The notes below the pieces were generated by a model, which ran no database searches, was not told the origin of the DNA, and saw only the letters and a program-made list of their open reading frames with translations. From Octopus vulgaris (lineage: Eukaryota), in assembly GCA_951406725.2 (NCBI GenBank), contig OX597814.1, forward strand, positions 71,052,001 to 71,116,000: 64,000 nt of DNA. The letters are read 5' to 3'. Both the position numbers and the translations under genes were made by a program. Positions 38,852-53,459 of this stretch are shown here, piece after piece (the stretch's first letter is position 1; each line of letters begins with the position of its first letter).

Positions 38852-39715
38852 GTGTACAGGTAGATGCTCTTAAAATAGATTTATGCAAGAAACATATAGT
38901 TATATTTGTAGCCTAAAATTTTAGAAATATATATTTTAGCAGGTTCTGTACCAACATGAACAATCCCACTCCGGCAACTACTGTAAAGAGACAAGCACAA
39001 ACACTGACAGACAAACAGACATACATACACGCGCGCACGCACACGCTCACGCAAGCATGCATACACGGATTCACATTTACACATCCATACATACACACAT
39101 ACGTGTGTGCGCATGCGTGTGTGTGTGTGTGCATGTGTGTGTGTGTGTGTGTGTGTTTATTTTGTGCCTAGCTATGAAAATCAACTATTTAGAACTCCAG
39201 CAGTCCAGCCAGCAATCAGGAAAGCGAGGAACCTGGCGGGGAATCCGATGATATAACGCAGAAGTGGCGTAGATCGTTTTGAAACCAATAAAAATGAATG
39301 TAAGAGTGACACAGCATAAAACATTACAAAGTCTCGAAGAGAGCACAGGGTTTCGGTTTGGGAAGACTAAACTAAATATAAACTATAATAAACTAAATAT
39401 TTTACAAATTGAATATAAATAAAATTGATTATGGATTGAACGATTCATTTCTTGACTTCTAGAGATTATCAAGTAAACCTACCAAAACGTTGTTTGATTT
39501 ATTTTGTTTAACAATAACAATAATGTTTTAGTAACCATGAAAACTTAATTTCCAGTTAAAGCTATCTCGTTTGGGTTGTCTTGTCTAAAAATACAAACTG
39601 CAATATTTATTAAAATAGACATGTTCTCTATTACAGTAAGAATAAGCACTGCAATCCAGTCGAAAGAAATTCAGTGCACTTACACTGTATATGCCTTAGG
39701 AAAGTAACGAAGCCT

Positions 39716-39767
<52 letters not shown>

Positions 39768-40047
39768 CTCTCTTTCTCTCTCTCTATCTCTTTCCCACTT
39801 TCTCTTTCTCTTTCTGTAATAAATTTACATATTTGTTATGAAAATCTTTTTCAGAGATAGTTTTGGGGAATATCTTTTTGTTGAGTAACCTAAATTATAA
39901 TCGAAACGAATAACACAAAATCATAATTTTGTTTGATTGTATGGTTACTTTTACCAGCAACCATGCAATGAAAAGAAATCAATTTGTAAAAGTAACACCA
40001 GTAAAAAATAATATGATAGAAGTTTTCTTTAAAGATTATATTATATA

Positions 40048-40218
40048 GGCGCAGGAGTGGCTGTGTGGTAAGTAGCTTGCTAACCAACCACATGGTTCCA
40101 GGTTCAGTCCCACTGCGTGGCATCTTGGGCAAGTGTCTTCTGCTATAGCCCCGGGCCGACCAATGCCTTGTGAGTGGATTTGGTAGACGGAAACTGAAAG
40201 AAGCCTGTCGTATATATG

Positions 40219-40251
<33 letters not shown>

Positions 40252-40475
40252 GTTTGTGTGTCTGTGTTTGTCCCCCTAGCATTGCTTGACAACCGATGCT
40301 TGTGTGTTTACGTCCCCGTCACTTAGCGGTTCGGCAAAAGAGACCGATAGAATAAGTACTGGGCTTACAAAGAATAAGTTCCGGAGTCGATTTGCTCGAC
40401 TAAAGGCGGTGCTCCAGCATGGCCGCAGTCAAATGACTGAAACAAGTAAAAGAGAAAGAGAAAGAGAGAGAAAGA
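40048..40475 (+). mobile_element. Full-length SINE family A
   Basis: ggcgcaggagtggctgtgtggtaag..cttgggcaagtgtctt (CORE-like)..gactgaaacaagtaaaagag. Confidence 0.9.
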
Positions 40476-41087
40476 GATTATTATCCAGAAACAAAATATG
40501 GACATTTAATAGTGACCATCCTTATAGCCTATTGATTATAGATAATCTGCTTCATGAAATTTCTTCCAGGAAATCAGAATGGTTAAAATGGTGATCTATA
40601 CTACTTTATAGCACCTACTTACGCATGGGTAAACTTAATGGTGCATGTTTTGACCATGGACGCAGCATAGATTTGATGACAGGAAAGAAAGTGGCAATTC
40701 TTTGTTTGTTTGGACTCACCACTTGTTCTGATTCTCTTAAATACGTTTATCATCAAACCAAAGAAAAAGAAAAACAAAGTGAAGAGGAGAATAAGATGTC
40801 ATGGTTAATGCATTTCGGCTATTTTAAAGATTTTAAACATATAAAATGTTTATAAAATATAATATATAAAGTATATAAAATGTTGTTTAGTGTCGTTGAA
40901 AAGTCATTGGATTGAACGACATATTTTCATTAATTCGCCATAAAATATTGTGTTGTCTGATGCCTCTTTATCTTTACTTTCTTGGCCTTTATTTAAGTTT
41001 CTTCATTCATCGTCATTTACATTGAAATGGAAAATGTTGATTGAAAAATTAAGCAAGAAACCGTCGAGCGCTATCTTCTCAGTCCTG

Positions 41088-41163
<76 letters not shown>

Positions 41164-41288
41164 GAGGAGGAGGAGGAGGAGGAGGAGGAGGAGGAGGAGG
41201 TGGTGGTGGAGGAAGAGGTGGTGGAGGAGGAGGAGGTGGTGGTGGTGGTGGTGGTGGTGGTGGAGGAAGAGGTGGTGGAGGAGGAGGT
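41088..41288. repeat. (GTA)n-(GGA/GGT)n microsatellite
   Basis: Direct inspection. Confidence 0.95.
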
Positions 41289-41311
41289 CGATGAGAAGGT
41301 CGAGGTGAACC

Positions 41312-41348
41312 AAAACTGAAAGAAGCCCGTCGCATATTTATATATATA

Positions 41349-41394
<46 letters not shown>

Positions 41395-41576
41395 TATGTG
41401 TATGTTTGTCCCCCCTCCCGATACTGGTGTGTTTGCGACCCCGTAACTTAGCGGCTCAACAAAAGTGACCGGTAAAATAAGTACTAGGCTTACAAAGAAT
41501 AAGTCTTGGGTCGATTTGCTCGACTAAAGGGGGTGCACCAGCATGGCTGCAGTTAAATGACTGAAACAAGTAAAAC
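41312..41576 (+). mobile_element. SINE family A 3' part
   Basis: aaactgaaagaagcccgtcg..gactgaaacaagtaaaa. Confidence 0.8.
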
Positions 41577-42382
41577 AATGTATGTATATATATAGTACAA
41601 AGTAAGATAGGGGTTATGGGTGTAACCCACTATGGGATATCATTTATCCAATATACTGTTGGTAAAGTACCCAAATTCTTAATACATAAATGTTTTTAAT
41701 TGCAATGCAATTAATTCATTTATTGTATTAAACGGGTGAAGGTAAAGAAATATTTTTACCGTAAATTTATAATACAAATAAGAAAATGGAGAAACAAATT
41801 CAGATTGTTCATCAACTTACGGATATTATAATGTTAGATTACTTATTCATTTTACAAATGAGAACATCAAAAGCATACAAAATATATAAATCAATAGATA
41901 ATATAATAATAGAAATACCGTTTTTAAAAGCCGGATATGCTTACTACCGTGTGTGATATTCTGATGTCGCTTAGTCAGAAATGCAAAGGGTAAGTTTTCT
42001 AGCATTTTTAAATTTATAACTATCGGAATATTATGTTGATAAGGAAATGAATTTTATAACTCTAATCCAGAAACGCGTCCATAATTAACCGAAGACTGTT
42101 TGATCTCATTATTTTCCTTCTTTTTTTGCCTGTGTGAGTTACAGAGAGGGTTGTCTGTGGAGTCATATTTTGTAGCGAAAAGAAATAACGGTCTTTTGGC
42201 TGCTATTTCTAAATTTTCGGTATGTGGTTAAACCCTTAATTATTGTTATAATTATATATAAAACTTCTTGTATCAGTTTTTACCGAATTTGGTTCCTTTC
42301 CATATCGAAACTACTAGGTGAAATTTATTAATTATAAATTAATAATTTTTTACCCTATATCTATAATATATATATATATACA

Positions 42383-42541
42383 ATGGACTTCTTTCGGTTT
42401 CCGTCTACCAAATCCACTCACAAGGTTTTGGTCGGACCGAGGCTATAGTAGAAGACACTTGCCCAAGGTGCCACGCATTGGGACTGAACCCGGAACTATG
42501 CGGTTAGGAAGCAAGCTGCTTACCACACAGCCACTCCTGCG
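42383..42541 (-). mobile_element. SINE family A 5' part
   Basis: tttccgtctaccaaatccactcacaagg..accacacagccactcctgc. Confidence 0.85.
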
Positions 42542-42564
<23 letters not shown>

Positions 42565-42572
<8 letters not shown>

Positions 42573-42983
42573 GAGACAAACAAAACCACTTCTCTCGTGT
42601 TTATACGAACTAACTTTTCAAATTTTACTGCGCAGTCGCAGTCCTTCGCTGGCCATAATAAAAACCGCCAACTTTTAACCAAAAATTATCCAAAAACTTA
42701 CAGTATTTAGTCATATCAAAGGGAAATGGAAATTAATTAAAATTTACATTTCCAGTGGTCTAACGTGTAAAAAAATTTAGTCAAAAAGACTATATATTAG
42801 TCATACGATATAGTGTATATTTAAACACATAAAGAATCCACTTATAGGGGTTCTACACGCTAGAAAGAACAGCTAAGTTCTATAACCACAAAAATTGGGG
42901 ATAAAATTCGACAGGAATAAATTTGGAAATGAAAAACATTTACCATCTGCATCTAACGAAGGACTGCGACTGCTCAGTAAAAT

Positions 42984-42984
<1 letters not shown>
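42565..42984 (+). mobile_element. Probable Penelope 3' relic with inverted pseudo-LTR
   Basis: KWKLI..G..C..LYI..H.RK fragment; 42621-42648 is inverted at 42957-42984 (cgaaggactgcgactgc.cagtaaaatt). Confidence 0.45.
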
Positions 42985-43018
<34 letters not shown>

Positions 43019-43031
43019 ATGTGTGTGTGTG

Positions 43032-43112
<81 letters not shown>

Positions 43113-43121
43113 GTATGTATG

Positions 43122-43166
<45 letters not shown>

Positions 43167-43674
43167 ATAATACGACGGTATATAGCAAATAAATAAGAAA
43201 TATATAAGAAATATATATCAATTGAAATGGCTCGTTGTTACAATGTAACACAACTTTTTCGAGTTGTAGTACATTGATTATTCGCAGTACTGATATTCAT
43301 TCTGCAGGTTGTTAAATTCATCTTTTGTTGACTGCTAGAATACTAGTGAGAAAAGGAGAGAGTAAAAGCTGCGTGTAGGCCCTTGCATAAGATGCTTCTC
43401 CATCGGCACTGAAAGAAAGAAGGAGAACCGAATTTGGTTTCTGTATTTATATTTGTTGGAAAGCTGGATGTAGGTCAGGGAATAATAGAAAGTGATGGGT
43501 TTTATCTCTCCCGATATGTATTTAATCCAAGACCGTTAACTTATACAATAGAACTTAACTGTGACAGCTGACACTCATAAATTTTTTAGGCCAAAACCAT
43601 GAACAATAGAAGTGGAACTTGCAGAGAAATGTAGATTCGGTTTCGAATCCTAGCTTAGAATTTAGGAAGCCATG

Positions 43675-43767
<93 letters not shown>

Positions 43768-44470
43768 ACATATTAATGTTTATGTCAAGCTATAAAACAA
43801 TGTTGCATTAAAGTGAAGGATTATTCAAAAACTTTCAACAGATTACATGCTTATAATATAATAAATACACGCGCGCGCGCACACATACATACATACATAC
43901 ATACATACATACATACATACATACATACTACTACTGTCTTTCTGACCTGGCTTCTTTCAAGTGTGGACGGCTTTCCTTGTCTCGCTAGCCGTTTTCAAAG
44001 CGTTCAAAATATTTTTTCTTTCGTTCTGGCTTAACAGCCCTCCATGTTCGTGCTACTGTTATTTTCCTTGTCCTGTCTTTTACTGTTAATATTTTGTACT
44101 GTCTTTACTTGTCCTGATTTTGTTACCATTTTTATCCCTCCGCAAAAAAATCTCAAATTTTATTTAATTTGCTTTTGCGGAAAGGACTGTTTCAACGAAA
44201 TCGTGTCTCGCTTTTACCTTCGAACGCGGAGTGGATGAAACTGAGGCGGCTGAAGAAGGAGAATGTTCCTTGTGTTGTATGTCTTGTACTCTATTTTTTC
44301 GTTGTTTAAGAAAAATGTCCATTTCTTTGGTTTTGTGTCTGTTTTCGTTTCTCATTATGTTCGACGTTTTTTTGGTGTCCGGTACCCATATATGCATGTA
44401 TATATACATATAGATGTAGGTACGTACATATATGTATGTATATATGCATATGTTTTATTTATTAATTTGT

Positions 44471-44544
<74 letters not shown>

Positions 44545-44561
44545 ATATATGCATATATATA

Positions 44562-44608
<47 letters not shown>

Positions 44609-44683
44609 TATACCCGGCGAACAGAGAGGATGCCGGTAAAAATTTACGAGCAAATTTATCGAGCAATATTTAAAAATAGTAAA

Positions 44684-45520
44684 TCTCTTATTATAAAAGG
44701 CAGATTTTATCTGCCTCCCTTTGTCTCTTATAGAAATCTACAATATAGGATTTCTTCAATTACAATTTACCTAGCATTTTTAAGAGTAGAATGCATCGGG
44801 TCTTGCCAGGTCCGGTTTTTAAAATTTCAACCCCAATTAAGCAAAATTTAGAGAAAACTCACATTGTGGTGTGTGAGTCAAGTGCTTTTCTTAGTGTGGG
44901 CTAAAGCACACGCACACACACACACACACAAAAAGGGACCGATCTGATTCACTCACGCTATCACTCTAATTTCTACGACTTTCTCTTTGCAAGTTTGCAA
45001 CGATTAAAGTGAAACTACTTCGATAAAACGAGAGAAGTGTACCTTAAACCACTACTAAAAAAAAAACAGCAAACAGAAACAAATAAATACGTAACGATTT
45101 ACTCCTCACACAATTTCTTCAATTAGAGTTTACACATGATTTTTCAAAGTACTTCCGTTGGGTCATGCCATAAAAAATTTCTTTCAATTTTACCCCCAAT
45201 TAAGACAAAATTTGAGAAAACTCAATATTTTAATATTTCACTCCGAAAGCATTGATGTACATGTGTGCGTGCGTGAGTGTGTGTGTGTCATTCCTCACAC
45301 ACACGCATACACATACATATATGACAGTGACAAATACATACGTTTCAAACAACTACATACAAACACGCGTGTGTTTGTTATTAGTAAAAAACGCGCCAAA
45401 CACAACTCACTTCTCATTCCAACACATTTGCAAAGACACACGGACGGTCGAATTGCTATAACAATACAGAAAAGGTAAATTGGTTTTTATTTTACTTTCT
45501 GTCGTTAAATTTTGGTAGTA
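44684..45520 (+). mobile_element. Possible Helitron-like 5' portion
   Basis: atctcttattataaaaggcagattttatctgcctccc resembles the other Helitron starts; internal direct repeat ccccaattaag..gagaaaactca; no 3' CTAG found. Confidence 0.35.
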
Positions 45521-45690
45521 TTAATTGGCGAGCCATACATACATAAATATATACACATATTCTGTATATATTTTATTATATAATATTATATATAGATATA
45601 TGTATATATAATTTGCAGTATGAAACAGTGTTTATGTATAAACAGACGACACTTATATATAGTTATTAATAAATGTATGCATCCGCTTAA

Positions 45691-46767
45691 CCTTTTCGTT
45701 ACCAAACCGCCCGAAAAGAAATTTGGTTAATGTGACCAAGCCGCCCAAAACTGCCCGAATTTACCTATTCATATTTAAATGAGAATATCAGAGTAAATCT
45801 CTTTAGTACATTCGTGAAAACACGTATTATACTTCGTAAACAGTTCAACTACAGTTTTGTACAAAAATCGAAGTGTAATTTTAATTCCGTGAATTATGGG
45901 AGATTTTTTTTCCGAAATTTGTTCCTATTGTGTTTTCAAAATTTGTAATTCTGACAAAAACTGGATACGAATTTCATTATATCAAGCAGCGAGTCAGAAT
46001 TCGAAGGATTTTCTACTGAAGACCTTCATAAATCTAACTCTATGACTGAAAATAAAAAGCATGTGATATTTGATAATGAATCTGATGTTTCATTTTCCGA
46101 AAGTGAAAACAGTGAATCCGAGAGCTCCGGCAGCGATAAAGAAAATTAATTGGCACCTGAATGGAGTGAAAATTTAAAAACTGTTTCTTTCGGTGATTTT
46201 TCTGAAGAAACTGGACCAAGCCACAGAGTTTCCCAGAAGAGTAAAGCCTTAGACTATTTCTTTTTACTTTTTCGAATGAGCCCATTTGAAATCATTACGG
46301 CGGAAACGAACTGTTACGCTAAACGTAAACAAAGCGAAAGAAAGGATAGTTTGTTATTTCCCACAACCTTAAATGAAATTAAGGCCTATTTTGCCATAAA
46401 TATTATTATGGGTATCAGAAAGTTACCCAGAATAACAAATTCTATCGTAAAATTTTGTTGTATACCCAATTGAATATTAGCTAATAACCCATTTTCTATA
46501 GCGATGTTTGAACAAAATTTTAATAATTTTATATATTGTTGAATTTACCTGTATCTACCTGCAATTAGAGTCACTTTGTGACAAAAATTATAGTATAGAA
46601 TTGGTTGAGAATATTTCATTAAATTATCTTCCAAAATTCATGTTAAATATTGATAAATAAAAAAGTTATAGTTCTTTAATGAAACCAGACTAAATTTATG
46701 ATTACGTTAGAAATTAATTGAAACACATAAGGGGTGTATTTTGGTCAGAAATATAGTAACGAAAGGG
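45691..46767 (+). mobile_element. Internally deleted piggyBac transposon
   Basis: TTAA|ccttttcgttac..gtaacgaaaggg|TTAA; ORF 46150-46473 LDYFFLLF..ITAETNCYA..TTLNEIKAYFAINIIMGIRKLP. Confidence 0.9.
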
Positions 46768-46879
46768 TTAAGAAAAACCAAAAAATATTTTATTCTTTAT
46801 AAATGTTGTGTTCAAAATAACATTTTCTTTTAAGAATGTGTATATAACAAAGTATGTGTATATAACTACGTGGCTTATA

Positions 46880-47279
46880 TCTTTATATATAAAAGTGAAG
46901 TTGTGTGTCTGTCTCTTACGATTTAGATTCGTAACTACTCCCACATTTTGCGGTGCGGTTTAACCAAAACCGGGTATCTTATAGTCGTGATTCATATCGA
47001 GCCCTTCTGGGTATTAGCGCGCGTCTACGATGAGTCTACGATTTAAAAAAAAATTTACCATCATATTTTTCCATTTTAATGCATTTTTTTCGCTATTATA
47101 TAAGGGAAGTAACTCTCTAAAAATATCTACGATGTGTCAACGATTTAAAAAAAAAATTTACCTTAATTTTTTTTCCATTTTTAATGCATTTTTTTGCTAT
47201 TTTTTGGCTATAACTCTCTAAAAATGCTTATATAGTTATTTCCCTAACAAACCCGAGCAACGCCGGGCGATACTGCTAG
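46880..47279 (+). mobile_element. Short non-autonomous Helitron (copy 2)
   Basis: Same ends as 21692-22084; carries an internal tandem duplication. Confidence 0.85.
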
Positions 47280-47689
47280 TAGGGTAATAAAAATAAATTA
47301 TAATTTGCGTCTGCGCACTGGTCTGAAAAGTTAGGGTATACAGATCGTTGGATTTGCACGTGCTTCTAACGGTATGTACATCTCGGATTACAAAGGCTTC
47401 TAGCTGATGATTCTGGCCTTGGCAGATAAATTCTATTCATTTGCTAAAAAAAAGATGAAACTGCAGTACAGGATTAACTGAGACGGTAAACGTTTTTGAT
47501 TTACATTCCATTTCATGAATTTATTCCCTTTTTGTGTATCTAGCACTCGCCTCTTTATTTGGAAGCCTTTTAATGTATTTATATATGAATAACGCTTAGT
47601 CTAATGACTAATTCGTCTTTTGTGCTAGGTCACTGGTAATAATAATTTATTTTTATTACCCTATTTACTATGTTTAAATTTTATATATA

Positions 47690-48090
47690 GGTGCAGGAGT
47701 GGCTGTGTGGTAAGTAGCTTTCTAACCAACCACATGGTTCCGGGTTCAGTCCCACTGCGTGGCATCTTGGGCAAGTGTCTTCTGCTATAGCCCCGGGCCG
47801 ACCATTGCCTTGTGAGTGGATTTGGTAGACGGAAACTGAAAGAAGCCTGTCGTATATATGTATATATATATGTATGTGTGTGTGTGTGTTTGTGTTTGTC
47901 CCCCTAACATTGCTTGACCACCGATGCTGGTGTGTTTACGTCCCCGTCACATTAGCGGTTCGGCAAAAGAGACCGATAGAATAAGTACTGGGCTTACAAA
48001 GAATAAGTTCCGGGGTCGATTTGCTCGACTAAAGGTGGTGCTCCAGCATGGCCGTAGTCAAATGACTGAAACAAGTAAAAGAGTAAAAGA

Positions 48091-48092
<2 letters not shown>
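47690..48092 (+). mobile_element. Full-length SINE family A
   Basis: Near-identical to 40048-40475. Confidence 0.9.
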
Positions 48093-48132
<40 letters not shown>

Positions 48133-48157
48133 GCATATATATATATTATTTATATAT

Positions 48158-49170
48158 TAGGTTGTCCCGAAAGTTCTGAACGTTTTTTAATATAAATAAT
48201 TGATCTTTCAATAAATTTTGTCTAATAAAATAATTTCAAAATTTGACTATATTTTGAAGAAAAAAAGTTATCTAGTTGCATTTTGACTCCTTCTAAATCG
48301 TTAAATGCTTTCCCTTACAATGAGTTCTGTAGAGACAAAACAAGTGGTAGTCGGATGGTGCAATATCAGGAGAATATGGTGGATAGGGTAAGAGATCACC
48401 GCCATGTAACTTTGTTCGGATAACTAAAGACACATGTTGTCCGGCATTGTCTTGTTGGAACAGTACCCCTTTCTTGTGGGCAATCTCCGGCCTCAAGTTT
48501 TTGAGTTTTGGGTTCAAATTAGCCAGCTGAAGATAGCACACATCAGAATTAATGGTCTGGTTTTGTGGGAGAAACTCATAATGACTCCACCAAATATAAA
48601 GCATTGCTTTTTTAGCATTGCTATTCGTCTTTGACTGCTGTTTTGGGGGAGCCTTACACAAACTCCAAGTTCTTTTTCGCACTACATTTTCGTACACAAT
48701 CCATTTTTCATCTCCAGTCACAAGTTGTTTTAAAAAGAGCATGCTTTTATTCCGTTTCATAAGCACATAACAAACGGAATACCGGCCCAAACAATTATTT
48801 TCAGAGAGTTTGTGAGGGACCCATAGATTATAGCGAGAAATGTATCCTAGCTTCACTAGATGTTCATGAACCGTACTTTTATAAACTTCTAACTCTTCTG
48901 CAAGTTCTTTAGTCGTGATATTTTAGTTTTCTTCGATTTTTGCCTTTAAAACATCTTCATCCAATTCTGAAGGTCTTCCACTGCGACTGTCATCTTCCAA
49001 GCTAAACTCTCCAGCTTTAAATTTTGCAAACCACCTTCAAAAAGTCGACTCACCTACAGCATGATTATCATAAACTTAACAAATGTTTTTTGCAAGTCTT
49101 TGTAGCATTTTCTCCTTTGCAGCATTTTTTCCATTACAACGAGAATATGAAATTTTTGGTTATCCATTTC
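48158..49170 (-). mobile_element. Mariner transposon with nearly full-length decayed transposase
   Basis: WFAKFKAGEFSLEDDSRSGRP, WVPHKL, VTGDEKW, QQDNA, YSPDIAPSDYHLF; TIR-like taggttgtcccgaaagttc at ~48157. Confidence 0.9.
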
Positions 49171-49174
49171 CTAT

Positions 49175-49518
49175 GTTAATACAGGGTAAGTGGAATAAAA
49201 GATAAATCTATTGCGCAGGAGAGAATGCGCGTCGTTTCGGGACCTACCTCTCGACGGCTTCATTGCACACCGACCCCGCTTGCTAGATCAACTAGTTATC
49301 AAATAAAGCTCAATATTCTTCAAGCCATCACTCATCGTCTCTTTTTCACCAAATCCAGTGGCTAGCCTTTTCCACTGTAGTTTATAGATATATGCCTGCT
49401 AACACGGAAGCCAAATACGGATCTCAGCTGTGAACTTGGAACCTAACGAATGACCAATTATAGCGCTTACTCAGCGTATCTATCCATTTAGATCATCGGT
49501 GAACTAAACCCCGCATAT

Positions 49519-49521
<3 letters not shown>
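49175..49521. repeat. Unclassified repeat ending at (TA)n; partial inverted copy at 57458-57581
   Basis: Shared ggggtttagttcac..aggttccaagttcacagctgag..gatccgtatttggc. Confidence 0.7.
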
Positions 49522-49586
<65 letters not shown>

Positions 49587-49588
49587 GG

Positions 49589-49639
49589 AGCTTCTACAGG
49601 ACTAGAACTGTTTCATTCAAAAGAAATCATCAGGAAGCT
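49589..49639 (-). ncRNA. Canonical type I hammerhead ribozyme
   Basis: AGCUUC-CUGAUGA-U-UUC(uuuu)GAA-U-GAAA-CAG(uucuaguc)CUG-UA-GAAGCU. Confidence 0.8.
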
Positions 49640-49824
49640 AGGTGACAAGAATAGTTTTGGCATTTATACACTTAGGCAGGTTTAAAGGGGGGTGGTAGGG
49701 GACTTTTTGGGGTAGGCATGGCGCAAACTATCATTCTTAGGGGAGTGGTCAAAGGAATCAGTGATAAAGTAGATAAAAGAATAAATAGAATAATAGAGTT
49801 TAGGTAAATAAGGAGACTCTCACT

Positions 49825-49825
49825 T

Positions 49826-49894
<69 letters not shown>

Positions 49895-50947
49895 CATACA
49901 TACACATACACACATACATCCATATACACATGTACATATGCACCCATTTACATACATCTACGTACACACCCATACCCATACTCATACATACACACAAATA
50001 TCTACACACATATATATATAAAAATAAATAAATATAAATGAGGATATACACCCCCATACACACACGCTCACATATCTATATATATATATATATATACACA
50101 CATTCATACACACACTTATATATATATATATATATATATATACATACATATACACACATATATATATATACATATATATATATATACATATATATATACA
50201 CACACATATACATATATACATGCACATACATTTGCACATACATGCACACACATACACACACATTTCTTCCCTTATTTTTATTTTTATTTTTATTTTTATA
50301 TTCATTTTTATTTTTATTGTTATTGTTTTTATTTGACCTCGACCATCCAAGCCACAGAAGTAGGGTACTCTACCATTTATTGCCCATCTCCCTTCCTTTC
50401 TATCTTTCCTCCCACTGATACGAACACAAACACTCACACACGCACACACACTCACACGCACACTCACACACGCACACACACTCACACGCACACTCATACA
50501 TATACACAGACGCACGTGTTATATTCATACATACATAAGTGTACCGACTTTCACATAAACGTACACATAACTATGTACACGCAAAACCACATATATAAAT
50601 GTACTTAGGTACACATAAACACACAAGAACATCTGCCCAAATATATAGACGCATATGCCTATATACAGACATTTGTGCATATAAACATACATACGCATAT
50701 ATACACATCCATACGCCCTTAAGTACATATTAGCACACATGCACGCATACACGTGTACATAAAAGCATACCTACATATATCTACCTACACTCATACATAT
50801 ACATACATGCACATATATACGCATACGTACACGTACCTACAAATTCATATCTACACGCATCTGCACACACACAGAAGACTAGTCCATATATATACACAAA
50901 TATATATATATATATATACACATATACATACATATACATATATAGGC

Positions 50948-51006
<59 letters not shown>

Positions 51007-51432
51007 CACGCACGTACATACCCACATATACATACACATATATACCTACACCAGTCGAATACATACCTACATACACATACATCCATATATCTATACATAT
51101 ACATACACATATATATACACATGCACATACTAATACACATACGCATATCTACGCACATACACGCACTCACATCTATCTACATATATAAAAAAAGGGAAAC
51201 CCAACAAATCCATACTTATACACTCATACACATACATACATACATATACACATATATACCCATACATATATACACATATATACACACACATGTATATATA
51301 TATATATATACACATACATATACATACACACACATCTACATACACATACATATACATCCGTACGCATCCCATATACATACATACATCCACACAGAGGTAT
51401 ACAGGCATATACACACATATATATATACACAC

Positions 51433-51470
<38 letters not shown>

Positions 51471-51703
51471 CACACGAACGCACACAAATATATACCCATA
51501 CATATATACACATATATACACACACACATATATACACACACATGCATATATATATACACATATATATATATATATATATATATACCTACACATACATATA
51601 CATACACACACATCTACATACACATACATATACATCCGTACGCACACCCATATACATACATACATCCACACAGAGGTATACAGGCATATACACACATATA
51701 TAT

Positions 51704-51763
<60 letters not shown>

Positions 51764-52224
51764 GAACGCACACAAATAGACATATATACACATATATACA
51801 CCAATACACATACGCATACACACACGCGCATCTATATATACATAAATACATACAAACATATACATATATACATACATGCATACTCAAATAATGAATAATA
51901 AATATATATACGTGCAATTACCCATCATACAGACGGATACATACATATTAACATACACATGTATACCTATTTACACATATGTACCTACATACATACACTT
52001 ACATATAAATCTACAAACCTACATATACATAAACACACAAGCGTACATATATATATATATATATATATATATCCACATACATATATATACACACATACAT
52101 ACACATACATACACACATATATACACGTATGTAAATACACGCACACACATACACACATACGTATATTCATACCTACACCCATACATATCTATACATATAT
52201 GCATGTGTGCATATACAATATGTG

Positions 52225-52225
<1 letters not shown>
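49825..52225. repeat. ~2.4-kb degenerate (TA/CA)n purine-pyrimidine tract
   Basis: Direct inspection; source of dozens of pseudo-ORFs. Confidence 0.95.
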
Positions 52226-53439
<1,214 letters not shown>

Positions 53440-53459
53440 CATTCATATATACGTATATA

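Noticed and set aside
40615-40730. Minus-strand splice-donor-like motifs (gtaagt, gtgagt) suggesting an exon
   Set aside because: No acceptor, no homology and only tiny frames.
40950-41335. Poly-Val/Gly and poly-Pro/Thr ORFs
   Set aside because: Trinucleotide repeat artefacts.
49235-49250. tttcgggacctacct as the second mariner TIR
   Set aside because: Only ~9 nt match the TIR at 48158, with no TA flank; could be chance.
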